Shown one piece after another: positions 1-11,368 of a DNA stretch of 64,000 bases. The notes under the pieces were generated by a model. The model ran no database searches. It saw only the letters and a list, made by a program, of their open reading frames with translations, and was not told where the DNA came from. The position numbers and the translations under genes were made by a program. The number at the start of each line of letters is the position of its first letter. Position 1 is the stretch's first letter. This DNA comes from Takakia lepidozioides (taxonomy: Eukaryota; Plantae; Bryophyta), in the NCBI GenBank assembly GCA_030704615.1, contig CM060731.1:53258001-53322000 (forward strand), written 5' to 3'.

Positions 1-81
1 CCTTAAAACCACAATGTCAAATCTGCATTTTCAGATCTATCATTTTGTAAAGTCAAAAACATAGGATTAGAACTTACAATC

Positions 82-640
82 TAGATATCTTTAGGACCAA
101 TGCCGTCGGCAACTTTCAACTCATACTTGCTGTCAATCTGCCCCCCCCCCCCCACAGATATCACAACCACCGCGAGATTAGAAGTCACAAATTTCTTTCC
201 GTGGTACAAATTCAGCGATTGATTCTATTGGAAAGTAATAGAGCTCCACAGCAGGAACGAATGGAAGAAACGCCTCAACAGTTGTGGCCGAGCTGATCCT
301 TATTGTCATCTCGTTATCCCCCTTCTCCCACTTATGTTTAGGGCGCAAGCCAAAGTTCTCAATCCTCAAGGCTGCTCTTTTGACAAAACATTCTTCATGG
401 TTCTTCACAAGGCTACCACTGATGGTGATTGTGACAGTCTGGATGCCATATTTGTCTATCAGATCAACATGAAGGTAAGAAAATGAAGAAGACTCTATGT
501 TAGTCTTCTCAAAGTTTCCATACCTACTCAAAATAATACACTCAAAGGTTGCATCTCTTACATTGCAATCAAGATCATCTACAGTCAAAAGATGTCGGTT
601 GTATCTCACAACCATCACACTATCCGAAATACAAGATTAC
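82..640 (-). pseudogene. Degraded OB-fold (RPA1/DUF223-like) coding sequence, possibly Helitron-associated
   Basis: ORF 178..618 (LLTVDDL..FECIILSRY..LHVDLIDKYG..ITISGSLV..ALRIENFGL) has the beta-strand pattern of RPA70-like OB folds. It continues after a frameshift as ..QIDSKYELKVADGIGPKDI*. Family call is by eye only. Confidence 0.4.
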
Positions 641-1539
641 CTGAAAACAATGAAAACAATGAAGACAAAGGAAATAAATAATAGCTAAACAATCTGTGCT
701 TAAGACCTCATCTATTTTATATAGAATAGAGAATGGTTTTGAGTATAGTAATATAAAAATATTTGTATTTTGTATATTTCAATAATCACCAGCAAATGCC
801 AGTACTGTTGGATGAGAGCTCACTACACTTAATTCATGTTAGCCCTCTCCTGCCCCAAACTGTCTGACTGCCCATTCTTATGGCACTTACACAGATTGTC
901 TCTCAAGTATCACGAAGCTTTTGTCAATAAAGAAGCCCCGAGTTACCCCGTACATTTGAGAACTTAAGTACTTAGCAGCACAACAAACACAACTGCTAGC
1001 TGATCAGAGAAAATGTTCCGCGTAAGGGGCATTGGCTCCCAATATAACCACCAGGGATTACATGAACGCTATTTCTAATATCACGCAGCTATGGAGGAGG
1101 GATGAGAGAAAGAGGAACAACGGAGGTCGTGATGCTTACTGTGCGTCTTCCTTCGAAGCAAAGACTGAATGGTTGTACTTTATGCATGGAAATGATGCCA
1201 CGACTGATGGCTCCATTCCCCGCAAGCTTCGATCAACCTGAAATGAAAACAGGCTTGCATGCTGGTGCTTTCCGTGAATTGATCCAATGACTTGCCTAGA
1301 CTTTCAAGGGAACCAATTTTAGTCCTCCCATCAGACTACATCCAACTTCCCACATTCAAAATACCATGGCATATATATAGATGATGGGATCTAGCACTCT
1401 GTAGACGCTCACTGGTGGTTACAAGTACTGCGACTCTTTAGGCGCGAGACTGCCCAACTGCATTGTCCCAACCACCCAAGCTGCAGTACATCCCACTGCC
1501 ACTTTGACTTGCTCATTCTTGTCTATTGTTCATCGTCAA

Positions 1540-2650
1540 GCTTCACCCCTTCCCCCATCATTTGCTTTCAGGTCTCCAAAGCCTCATCCCGCGCTCCTGC
1601 TCTGCACACCCTGCAAGCATCGCGTTCCACGACACCACTTCTCGTTTGGCCATGGTGTTGAACACTCCCTTGGCATCCTCAATAAACCCACATTTGGCAT
1701 ACTTGTTCACCAGGGCAGGGTTCAGAATGACATCTGGTACAAATCCAGCTTTGACGATGTCACCATGGACCTCTTTCCCCTTTTCTAGAGATCCTAGCCT
1801 TGCACACGCATTGCAAACACAAACAAACGTGATGTGGTTGGGCTTCACCCTTCGTACAGCAATTGCTCAACAGACTGATTTAATGTAAACTCAGGGCAGG
1901 GATCCTACCTTTGAATAACAAACAGAAGCAGAGAGGAAATGGAGAGTAATTGCAACGAACTCAACTAATCACACTAGTTCCTATGATCAATTGCATTTGC
2001 TACTCTCTGTAATCTGACAGGCATTCACCTTTTTGCCTCGGTTGACCCACCATTTACTGGGGTCAGCAGAGTATTCATCCCACAGCTTCTCCTCATATTT
2101 GTTACTTGTTTTTGGATACTTTCATGTTGTCACATTGGCAGTATCATGTCAGTCATTCCAAACAAGATTCACGCAACCAGCTAACTTGCAGAATTCAACA
2201 TGGAAATTTAGGGTCAATTCTGTAAAGAAGGAAAAACAGGGTGAATGTGTTGAAGAAGGTGCCTTCATTAGCACTGCCTGATTTTATCCATTGTGCCGCT
2301 GCTGCGGCGGCTTCTAGTTGACCATCTGTTTCTTGTAGCTAGCCTCCACAAGGAATCATAGGCAATCTGGAGCTTGAAATCCGGGCCTCTTGGATGAATC
2401 TGGACCCACAATCTATCCCTGCACTCCTTCAGCTATCCATGCCTGTGTACAAATCGTGAATACATCCTCAGCCTTGCTGCAACTAACAGCTGACACTGAC
2501 GACCTAACCCTGCCTACAGTAACATGTCAAAATCACTCCAAAACCACCATAGATTCACCAACGAGCTTCTCCTCATCTATGTTATCTGTTTTTGGATACT
2601 TTCTTGCTGCCACATCGGCAGTAACTTGTCAAAGTCACTCCTAACCACCA
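1540..2650 (-). pseudogene. Decayed PLS-PPR gene copy with upstream OSB-like PDF-motif exons
   Basis: 1558..1848 encodes PLS-type PPR motifs (KPNHITFVCVCNAC..KGKEVHGDIVKAG..ALVNKYAKCG..VVSWNAMLAG). 2030-2135 reads KYPKTSNKYEEKLWDEYSADPSKWWVNRGKK followed by a GT donor; 2346-2399 reads IHPRGPDFKLQIAYDSLW. 2015-2330 is the reverse-complement homologue of 51000-51325. Confidence 0.8.
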
Positions 2651-3788
2651 CATATCCACCCAACGAGCTTCTATCTGTTTGAGTTGAACCCTTGTATCAT
2701 CGTCAAAAGAAACTTACAAATCTCTCACCTTCCTCTATTCTCTCTCTCTCACACAAACAGCCAGATTGTCATCCCTTGTTGTTACACTTGTATTGGTGAC
2801 CAGCTAGACTCCTGCAAAATCAGCTGTGAGTAACTATGGCCACTTCACAAAGAGACTGCAGAGCAAAAGGCATTGGAGATGGAGGGATAAAGATGGAGAA
2901 GACTAAGTGGCAGACTTGTCCATGAAGGAAAATACTCAACAAACCTCTTGGTTATGAAAAGACCTTATCCACTTGTCAAACAGGATTGAGTCTGAAACAA
3001 CATTGACCAAGACCACTGAGCTCTCACAAAACACAGCAAATGCAGATGACACAATCTGCAGTCTTGCTGCTACCAGCAGCCCTGTGAGTAGAGCCCCTCC
3101 TAAAATATTGGCCAGTGCTGCTACCCACAAAGACTCAGCAAACTGCAACAGGTCACATGGGGAACAGAAGGACAAAGACAGTCATTATTTCAGTTTGATT
3201 GAATGTTTGTTTTCATGCTCCACCAGAAAGTGCCACATACACATGCCATTCACATGTAAGTATCTCCATACTCGTACTATTGAGCCCAAGCCTTGATTTG
3301 ATGTTGCTTGGACGGCCATGGAAAATTAGTATAACAATCACCAAGGAGCCTAACAGGCATTACCACAGCCTCAAAAGCCCTGGCAAAAGCACTTCCAATT
3401 GATGTACTCTTCCTTGCCCCTGTGGTCTTTGCCCTCTCAACAACTACGTGTGTTGGTGCAAGCGGGATGGAAATTAGCAACAACAATATTTCAATCTCCT
3501 TGCACATTCAGTCCCAAAAATGTCTTTTTTACTGCTGACCTAAGCAATAAGTTGATACTTAACTTACCCAAATGTCGAAGTTTCCATTAATACCTGGAAG
3601 TACTAATCACCACATCCCTCATCTTCTGCAACCCAAAAGCGAGTGAAACCTAATCCCATATTCCATTAAACCCTAAACCCTGTACTGCCTGAGACAATGA
3701 CACGAGCAGAAATGCAGCAAAGGAGGATGAAACTCACAAGCTGCGTTGATATACTGCTATGGTGAGCCGATCGGCCTGGAATAAGAGT

Positions 3789-4406
3789 CTATATGGTCAT
3801 GAGTGCTTGACCCTTAGCAAGCTCTTCGGAAGCAGTATGGCCACCATCTGCAGTCATAGCTCCAATCACCTGCCATGGAAGAGCATCCCCATTCACCTCT
3901 AACGTGCATAAATCATTCTTGTATGCCCTGATCATCGTTCTTCCATTTACTCGCCTGACTGTCACCACTGTCAATTTTATTGTTGTCCTCATATTGTCCA
4001 TGGCTCTCCTTTTCAGTGGCACCGCTCGATGGCTGAGCTCGAGCCTGAAAGCAGCAACATTGCCGCGTATCAGTGAATTTCGTGTGACGAAACAAATTTG
4101 TTACAGTTCAGTGTATTCTAGGAAGGTCTATCAGGTGATATCCGGTTGCCACTCCTCTTGAGAATGTGGAATTGCATCTAGTTTGCGCACATGTGTGTCC
4201 TCCCCCCGTACAGTTCCCAGAGCATGGATGTAAACTACACAAAGAGTCTTTTCTACAGCCACGTTCAGAAAACAACACGGACTGTAAAAGAAATCCACAG
4301 TGAAGCCTTTGGTCCCTTACTAAACCATCTTGGCCAATACTCCCAATAGGTCGACATAAACTACACTTTTGTCGTAACCTTTGATGTTGCTGAGATGCAG
4401 TAATAC
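3789..4406 (-). pseudogene. Decayed ORF of unknown family, interrupted by the CACTA insertion (5' part at about 18421-18500)
   Basis: One reading frame runs from 4406 to 3789 with only scattered stops (LHLSNIKGYDKSVVYVDLLGVLAKMV**GTKGFTVDFF..EELAKGQALMTI*). It joins in frame to the sequence right of 18420 once the CACTA and one TAC copy are removed. Confidence 0.4.
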
Positions 4407-5529
4407 CACTAGTACAGATTAACGTTTTTATGACTATGGATATCACTGTATTTGCAGTGATAAGTGCTTTTACGACTACCTCACTCTACAGTGACAAACA
4501 CGAAGTCAGTTCTACCATGACTACGGAGTGATAAGTGCGAAGTCATGGTCGTCACCGAGGACGTGGCATGGGATAGTGATGCAGGGTTAGGTGATGTAGT
4601 CATACCAGAAATAACTACATGGCTGTAAGTTATGACTATATCACTACAACATTGCGCCTACATGGAGAGGCTTGTGCGTGACACGTGGGATCCTTGGAAT
4701 TTGACGTGTATTCATCTCCATATGGTAACTACATTACTATAGAAGTCCGCCTACATGGACAGTTGTCTGCGTGACACACGTAATCCCTCTGCTATGACAC
4801 GTGTCCAAATCATGAGATGAGGTATAGCGATGTAGGCGTAACTTTATGACTACATGACTACACTGTACATCACTTAGGATAACATGTGGCACATTTCCTG
4901 AATACATATATGACTACATTACTATGGGTGTGACTATATCACTACAACACTACAGATGCCACGTGGTCTTGTTGGAGTATGTGTGAATGACACGTGTAGG
5001 TCATGCAGATTTTAAAATTTGTTATATATTATTCAATTTCAAATGACTAATTTAAATAGTAATTAAAGTAAATTAATATGAAATTTAAACCAACCATGTG
5101 GAGCTCTCATAAGCACAGCAATTGGCAAAGCAATTGGCCCTCTTTATCAAGACACACCCCCTCTGCAGGGAAGGAGAGCCTGCATTAATCTTCCAATGAC
5201 CAAAGAGTGGACCCCCAACCCTGCTGGCAGTTGCAAAGTGTGACAAAGAAAGATTCTACCACCAACCTTGTTGCATAGACCGACAAAAGCACCAATATCA
5301 TACATTCTGAAAGACAACTACAATCAAACATGCCATCCATAGAAACAACAACATCATAACCACAGAACACACATTCATGTGGTGTTCGAACCAGTCTTTG
5401 TATATAAATTCACAAAATATGCTTCATTGTTCAAGCACAATGTCGCTAAGCACTTACCTGGAAAAAACTAGATTCAACAGATACTGCTAGAAGTAAGGGC
5501 TTTATTGACAAACAAAGCAGTAGAACTTC

Positions 5530-8500
5530 TTAAACCTCATGTCTTAGTAGCTTCAAACTCCAAAGTGTGGTGCTTCCTACCACATTCCCCAACACAGTAT
5601 GTTTCTTAACATCGTTGAGATATGGTAAAGGAGCGTTAGTAATGTATGCCTCTTTGATGTATATAGCCGCATACTCAGCTGGCACATCAGGGTAGCCCTC
5701 ACTTACCTTGCAGCCTTACAGAGAACATATAATCCTTGATCCAACCTTTGTCCGTTTGGACATCACGTTAAGGAGCCGAACTTGGTCTCCCACCTCAAAC
5801 TGTCATCCCAACACCCACCAGCAAAAAAAAAAAATGAAAATACCATGCACGCTAGACTACGAAGGTCCAAGCATTATAGTACTTAAGTACCGGGAGGGGG
5901 GCTGCAACTACTAATAGGGATGGATGGATGGAGGGGAGGGAGGAAGGGTAGGCAGGAAGGTCTACAGCTAAAAAGTTGCAGCAAACAACATACATACACA
6001 CACACACATTTCAATTTCGTTCTCTCTATCTACCTACCCAAAAGGCTATGCCAAACACAAGGTCTTATGAGTACTTTCTGTACCTATCCTTGGCAATAAA
6101 CTGAAGTAAATCCCTCAAAATGGTCTCCTACTGGATGCGGAGTCTATGACCACAAGGATACAGCAAACGTGAAGGACGGTAGTCTACACTCAGTAGCCAG
6201 ATAAACAAAATTGGAAAAGATATCCAAGGAATGTAGTGTGGGGGTGATGAGTACAAGGTCATGGACTTACACCAAACAGACTTTCAGGCGGCTGCGAGAA
6301 CTGCTTGAGATGGCTACTTTCCAGCTCCTCTGCTGACTTGTTGACAACATGGAGCCGCTTCATCATAGGTCCCTATATCACAAATAAAGTCCACCATCGG
6401 AATGAAGTTGCGAGCTTTGCAGCAAGACCACACTGCCACCTCAAAGTGTGCAAAACACTTTTGCAAAAAAGAAATACAGCTGGGTCTCAAAACTACCATT
6501 TTTTTCCCACACAACTTCCCCACAAATCCTTTGGGAACAGTTGTTGGACCTCTAGCAACATGAATGGATTCACAGAGCAATCCATTCACATCCAAAACTA
6601 GCAAGTGCTTGCGAGGTGGGGGAGACTGTAAACGCTCAACTGGCTTCAACATATCAGCCCCAGTGGGATGCACAACCCGTAGCATTTGTCCCATCCTCCC
6701 CATGTGAATTCCCCAAGGAATCATGCATACCTGAATCCGGTGTACCAGGCTTCTCAAACATATCACAGACATCATGATCAGTAGCTTCCTTTGTACCAGT
6801 TGAGATTGATTGCCAGTTACGGTCTCAAACCGCTCCGCCAATCTTTTTGATACAGTGACACCAGAACCATTCATGCCAGATGTCACTGGACCTGCCAGGG
6901 GGACATTAACCCCCAATTTGAGAATCATTGCCTTTTGAGAGTCCATCATGTTCTGCATCCATGATTTCATCTCCAGCATATCAAACCCTTGAGCCTCGAC
7001 TTGTTTTTCCATTGCATCCACCTTTCCGACTATGGCAGAATACGCTACACTCGCTTCCTGCCATATAGACCAAAATGCATAAGACAACATGTTCCAGCAA
7101 GTTTTTTTCCACCTGCCAGTATTTGAGCACAACATCAAGCACCTTACCTGGTGATCACACCAACCAGACACATATTCATCAAACGCTGGCAACCATGACT
7201 ACAACATGTTCACCTATACAAAAATATTGGTCCCACTTTTGTTCTAGCAAAGCAGTAAATTCAGGCATAGCTCCTTCTACCACACATGCAATCCTAGGGA
7301 TACAATGATCACACCCAACAACTTCTGAAGTAAAATTTGTTTAACCCTCTACTAAACCCCTTGATGGACTTAGACCTGGCCAGACAGGGCCGTCCTATGG
7401 ATACAATGTTGGCTTATAGTGAAAATCAACAAACCCAAACCCAACAGATCTCAGTCCAAACCAGGGAGTGGTTAGAGGTACCAAACTCAGTTTTGTCGAT
7501 CAACAAACTAGCACTCTTATGAGTACATTCTTTCAACACTTAGATCATTCCCTGAGAACTTGAGCAACCAAACGTGCTATAATACACATGGCACACATAA
7601 TCTGCAAGCACATGGTTGTTGAGTCTCACTTACCTGCCTCTCGCTCCTAGCTGACATCCTTGAGACAGAGTATTCTTGTATGTCAGCCAACGTAGGGGGA
7701 CACCCGGTTTCTCTTTCCTACATATTTACCCAACATAACAAACAATATGAAAGCCAATGTGCAATTTGTACTCAATGGCTCACCCATACAAAACCATAAC
7801 AAAACCACTGAAGATAATGCAACGTCAGGATTGAACAATCATGTCAGCACAGAAATAATTTTATACTAAAGCTCAACTCCAAAATTGCTTGAAGTACTAA
7901 ACCATAAGCCAACCAGCATTAAAGACTAGCATTCATAGAATGTATTGAGAGGAGTATAGTGAGAAAGCTCATGAGGGTTCTTACTAAGCGTGCCTCCATG
8001 CTGTCCTTCCCTCCCCAGACCGTTTTGGTGTGATTTTGAATGCAGGCATTTGCTGTCTTCAAGTGGGTCTGCACTTTAGAGTACTGTTTTGTACTCCAGT
8101 AGGAGGTGAGGCTCTTCCAATGCTCATCAGACACGCGTCCATGGGTTTCCCCCCACCTTTCTGCCATTCCTTGTGCAAGTCATGCCGTCGGGACTTCATA
8201 ATTGTGCCTATTGTGTTTTGCAACATAGTATCATCCAAGCCATGTGGGACATATTCAAATAGCTTGGCCAAGATTTCTTTGAGCTCTTCTATGATCTCAT
8301 CATGCTGATAGTTGATGGCTATAAAAGGATCACAGATACGATGAACGTGACCTTTGAGGGCCGCATGCCAAACATTCCTCGTTTGACCAACTGGTTTTCC
8401 TGCCTTGTTCACAACAACTACAGTTGCAAGAAGACCTTCTGCCTCTCTTTCTTCCTTCACTTTATATACCGCGGCCTTCACAACATAATTTGCTCGTCTC

Positions 8501-8987
8501 AAGGCATTGGTTCTGTCAACCTTTGATTGAACCACATCCCCTGCAGGTTGAACCGCGACACCTGTGCGGGGAACATTGAAGGGTTGATTCGGCCAGCTAC
8601 CCATCGGTGGCCATGGTGGTTGGGAACCACTCGAGGATCCATAGTGGTCATATTGGACCTGTGCATACGGCGGAGGACATTCAGGTGGCCTGCCACCTCC
8701 ATAAGTAGGAGGAGGTGGGCAATATGGAGGAGGAGCATAAGGGCCATACTGGCCAACTGCATAATTGTGTTGGGGGGCCGTTGCGTACTGACCCTCCATA
8801 TTGCCAGCGGGTGGATGTTGGTTGGGAGCCGGGTACTCAGGCATGGAGCGATATTGAGAGCCTGATACTGGTGGTTGAGTATGGAAAACCTAGGGGGACT
8901 GAGGGCCGACTCCTGTGGCATTTTTCTGCTTCTGTTTTTGCTTGCCCTGGGTTTCCATACATGAAACACAATGCCAAGTAAATCCAA
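5530..8987 (-). pseudogene. CACTA TnpA-like (Ptta/En/Spm plus TNP1-like domains) multi-exon gene with an embedded FCP1/NIF HAD-like domain
   Basis: Pro-rich N-terminus, then NKAGKPVG..VSDEHWKSLTSYWS..ANACIQNHT..GGKDS (Ptta-type, frameshifted), ERETGCPPT, a coiled coil, KHLLVLDVNGLL..LRPSCISFLQKCFAHFEVAVWS (6370-6615), and VGDQVRLLN..EYAAIYIKEAYITNAPLPY..VGSTTLW (TNP1-like, 5540-5800). Confidence 0.7.
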
Positions 8988-10215
8988 CTACAAGGACCAC
9001 ACCATATCATGACATAAAGGTGTCATAAAGTATAAACAATACGCATGATTTATACAGGTCTGATTACCCAAAAATCAGACAGATCTTGGCTAGAAAATTG
9101 GCCAAATTGGATTGGCTTCAATGATGTGCGCCCAAGACTTTTCCGACCCCTTTTATGTATGGGTTTTGCTTGAAATCCATACCAAACATGCAGTAGGGAG
9201 GGGCATACCTAAAAGCTGTGAGAAAAGATGGAATGTGCTCAACATACGAGACCTACTGCTTACAAAGTTGTAAATAGTGCTATGGAATATGGGGGCCACA
9301 TGCACATGGGCAATGGTGCAGCTCCTCCACTGAGGTTTACTATTTCATGAGCAGAAACCATGAGCCATGAGCCATGAGCCGCATGAGCCGCATGAGCGGT
9401 GAGGCGAAGTCTAAGACACGCGGATTTCATGAGCGGACTCCTCCAAATTTGAAAATGCGGCAAATTAAACAAGTATTAAAATAATAGTTTTTTAATTTGA
9501 CCTTGCCGTTTTTGGAAGTTCCACATCCTGTAATGCGGCGAAGATATGTCGTCAGTAACAAGTCCGCTCATGGTTTTTTAGATCCGCTCATGGAAATGAT
9601 TGACCGTGCAACGAGAAATCCAGTATACCACGGCAAAAGGACGTCGCATACTGGCCTGTATAGAGTATTCCGCGGTTTTACATGCCTTAACATTGGAATG
9701 AAGCTGACCCTTCTGCCGCGATTGAGCCAATAGAGTCTGCAGTACTTCACAATTATGTCATTTTCGGGTATTCGGCGGGAAAGATTTGCGACTCAACGGG
9801 GAAATGCGGTGCCGCATTAGGGCTCGCACGTGCAAAATTTATGGGGAGTTTGGTGTTGGCGACGGTCGGCTCCCTGAAGGCTGGGTGCGACTATCTTGCT
9901 ATGACGAAGGCCGCATCTACCAGTACCTACGACGTTACTTGGAAATGCGGCGCCGCATTTCCTTGCCGGGGGTCGAATGAGGAAAGCAAAGTTTGGGAGA
10001 GCAGAAAAACATGAACCCTCCAACACACAAAAATACATGCACGTGGAAACACAAGTGAATGACATAGTATTATCTTAGTTTGAGCAAAACAGGTTACTGG
10101 TAGGCAAGACATAAGTTGGACCTTTCTGTGGCTAGAGTCAGAGCTACTTGCAGCAGTACAGTTCTACTATCTGAAAAGGATGGGCGTACCATTGTGTTGG
10201 GACCGCAAGCCAAGC

Positions 10216-11368
10216 TCACTGGTCCCCTGGATCCATATTAAGAAGAGTGTGCACCTCTTGGGGGCTCAACCCTGGTGCATGTATGAAGTGATGAGTTGTG
10301 GAATTACACCGGAGTCTCTTTAGGTACACGTAGTACAGATGCTTGCAAAGGCAATATGATGCCCCCTTGTTCGCCATGATTTGGAAGTCGGTGCAATTGC
10401 AGGTGGGTAATTCTGAAATGGTGATGGTGTACACCTCATTGCGAACAGCTGAGCCTACCGTGGCCATCTGATACACACGCCCGAAGCCTGGTAGGGGCAC
10501 TTCTGTCGAGCTCTGGATTGTACAGTTCATCCGAAGTGCATTCCCCATCCTTTTCTCGTTCACTTTTGAGGGAGGTCGCCGCCTCTTCGGTTTCCCCCAA
10601 CGGTGTGTAGGATGCTTAGAGCTGTCGGGTCCTATTGTTCTTGCTCTCACAGGGGTCGGTGGTGGAGGCTGTGGAAGAGGAAATGGTTGTCTGGGGACGT
10701 CAGTGCGCTGCACCATCCGAAATCTTGCGGCGGTAAGGGCGTCGGCCTCAACCTGACTCAGATCGCAGCCTGGTTCCACCGGCCACACAGGGGGAGCCTC
10801 TGGCATTGTTTGTATGCCGTACTTGGGCCTTCCATACACGCAAGTCATAATGTCATGCCTGCAGAACCAGAACTGGGTGGCTGTCGCCTCCGCAAACTTT
10901 GCATGGACAAATCTTCCTGTAAAAGTAGGAGCAGGGACAGCCCCATCTGGATTCCTCCTTATCATCTCTAAACAACGTTGCTGTGTATCCACTCGAATTG
11001 CGGAACACCTGCCTCGAAACGACGGCTTTGTGCGAGCAATTCTCCACTGTGACGCAGACACAGTCGTCTCCACAATGGCTTGGCCATACTGCATAACAGC
11101 GGGCGGAATCTGGGGCAAGCGAGCGGTGGAAATTTCTCGCACAGAATCCCCGCTTGAAGGCGATGGCGATCTGGAATTTCTTGGGCTTCCACTGCTGGAA
11201 GACACATTGTGCGGCAACATGACGGGACCTTGAGGTGATGTCCGAATGTTCCTGTCGGATCTCCAGGAATCCTCTTCGCACCCGGGTTCCTCTTCAATCC
11301 TCCGCCTCATAGGGCGAGTACGGACGTCCCCCTCTAGGTGTTCACCTCTGCGGTGCAGAGGCGTCCCT
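10216..11368 (-). CDS. SWIM zinc-finger protein (MULE-associated type), 5'-truncated by an LTR
   Basis: The 364-aa ORF ends with YTITISELPTCNCTDF..YCLCKHLYYV (CxC..CxH SWIM motif). The frame stays open upstream of the annotated ATG up to the LTR boundary at 11369. Confidence 0.65.

Noticed and set aside
1032-1241. Short ORF with AYCASSFEAKTEWL, reminiscent of a PH-domain C-terminal helix
   Set aside because: Too short, with no other supporting motifs or splice structure.
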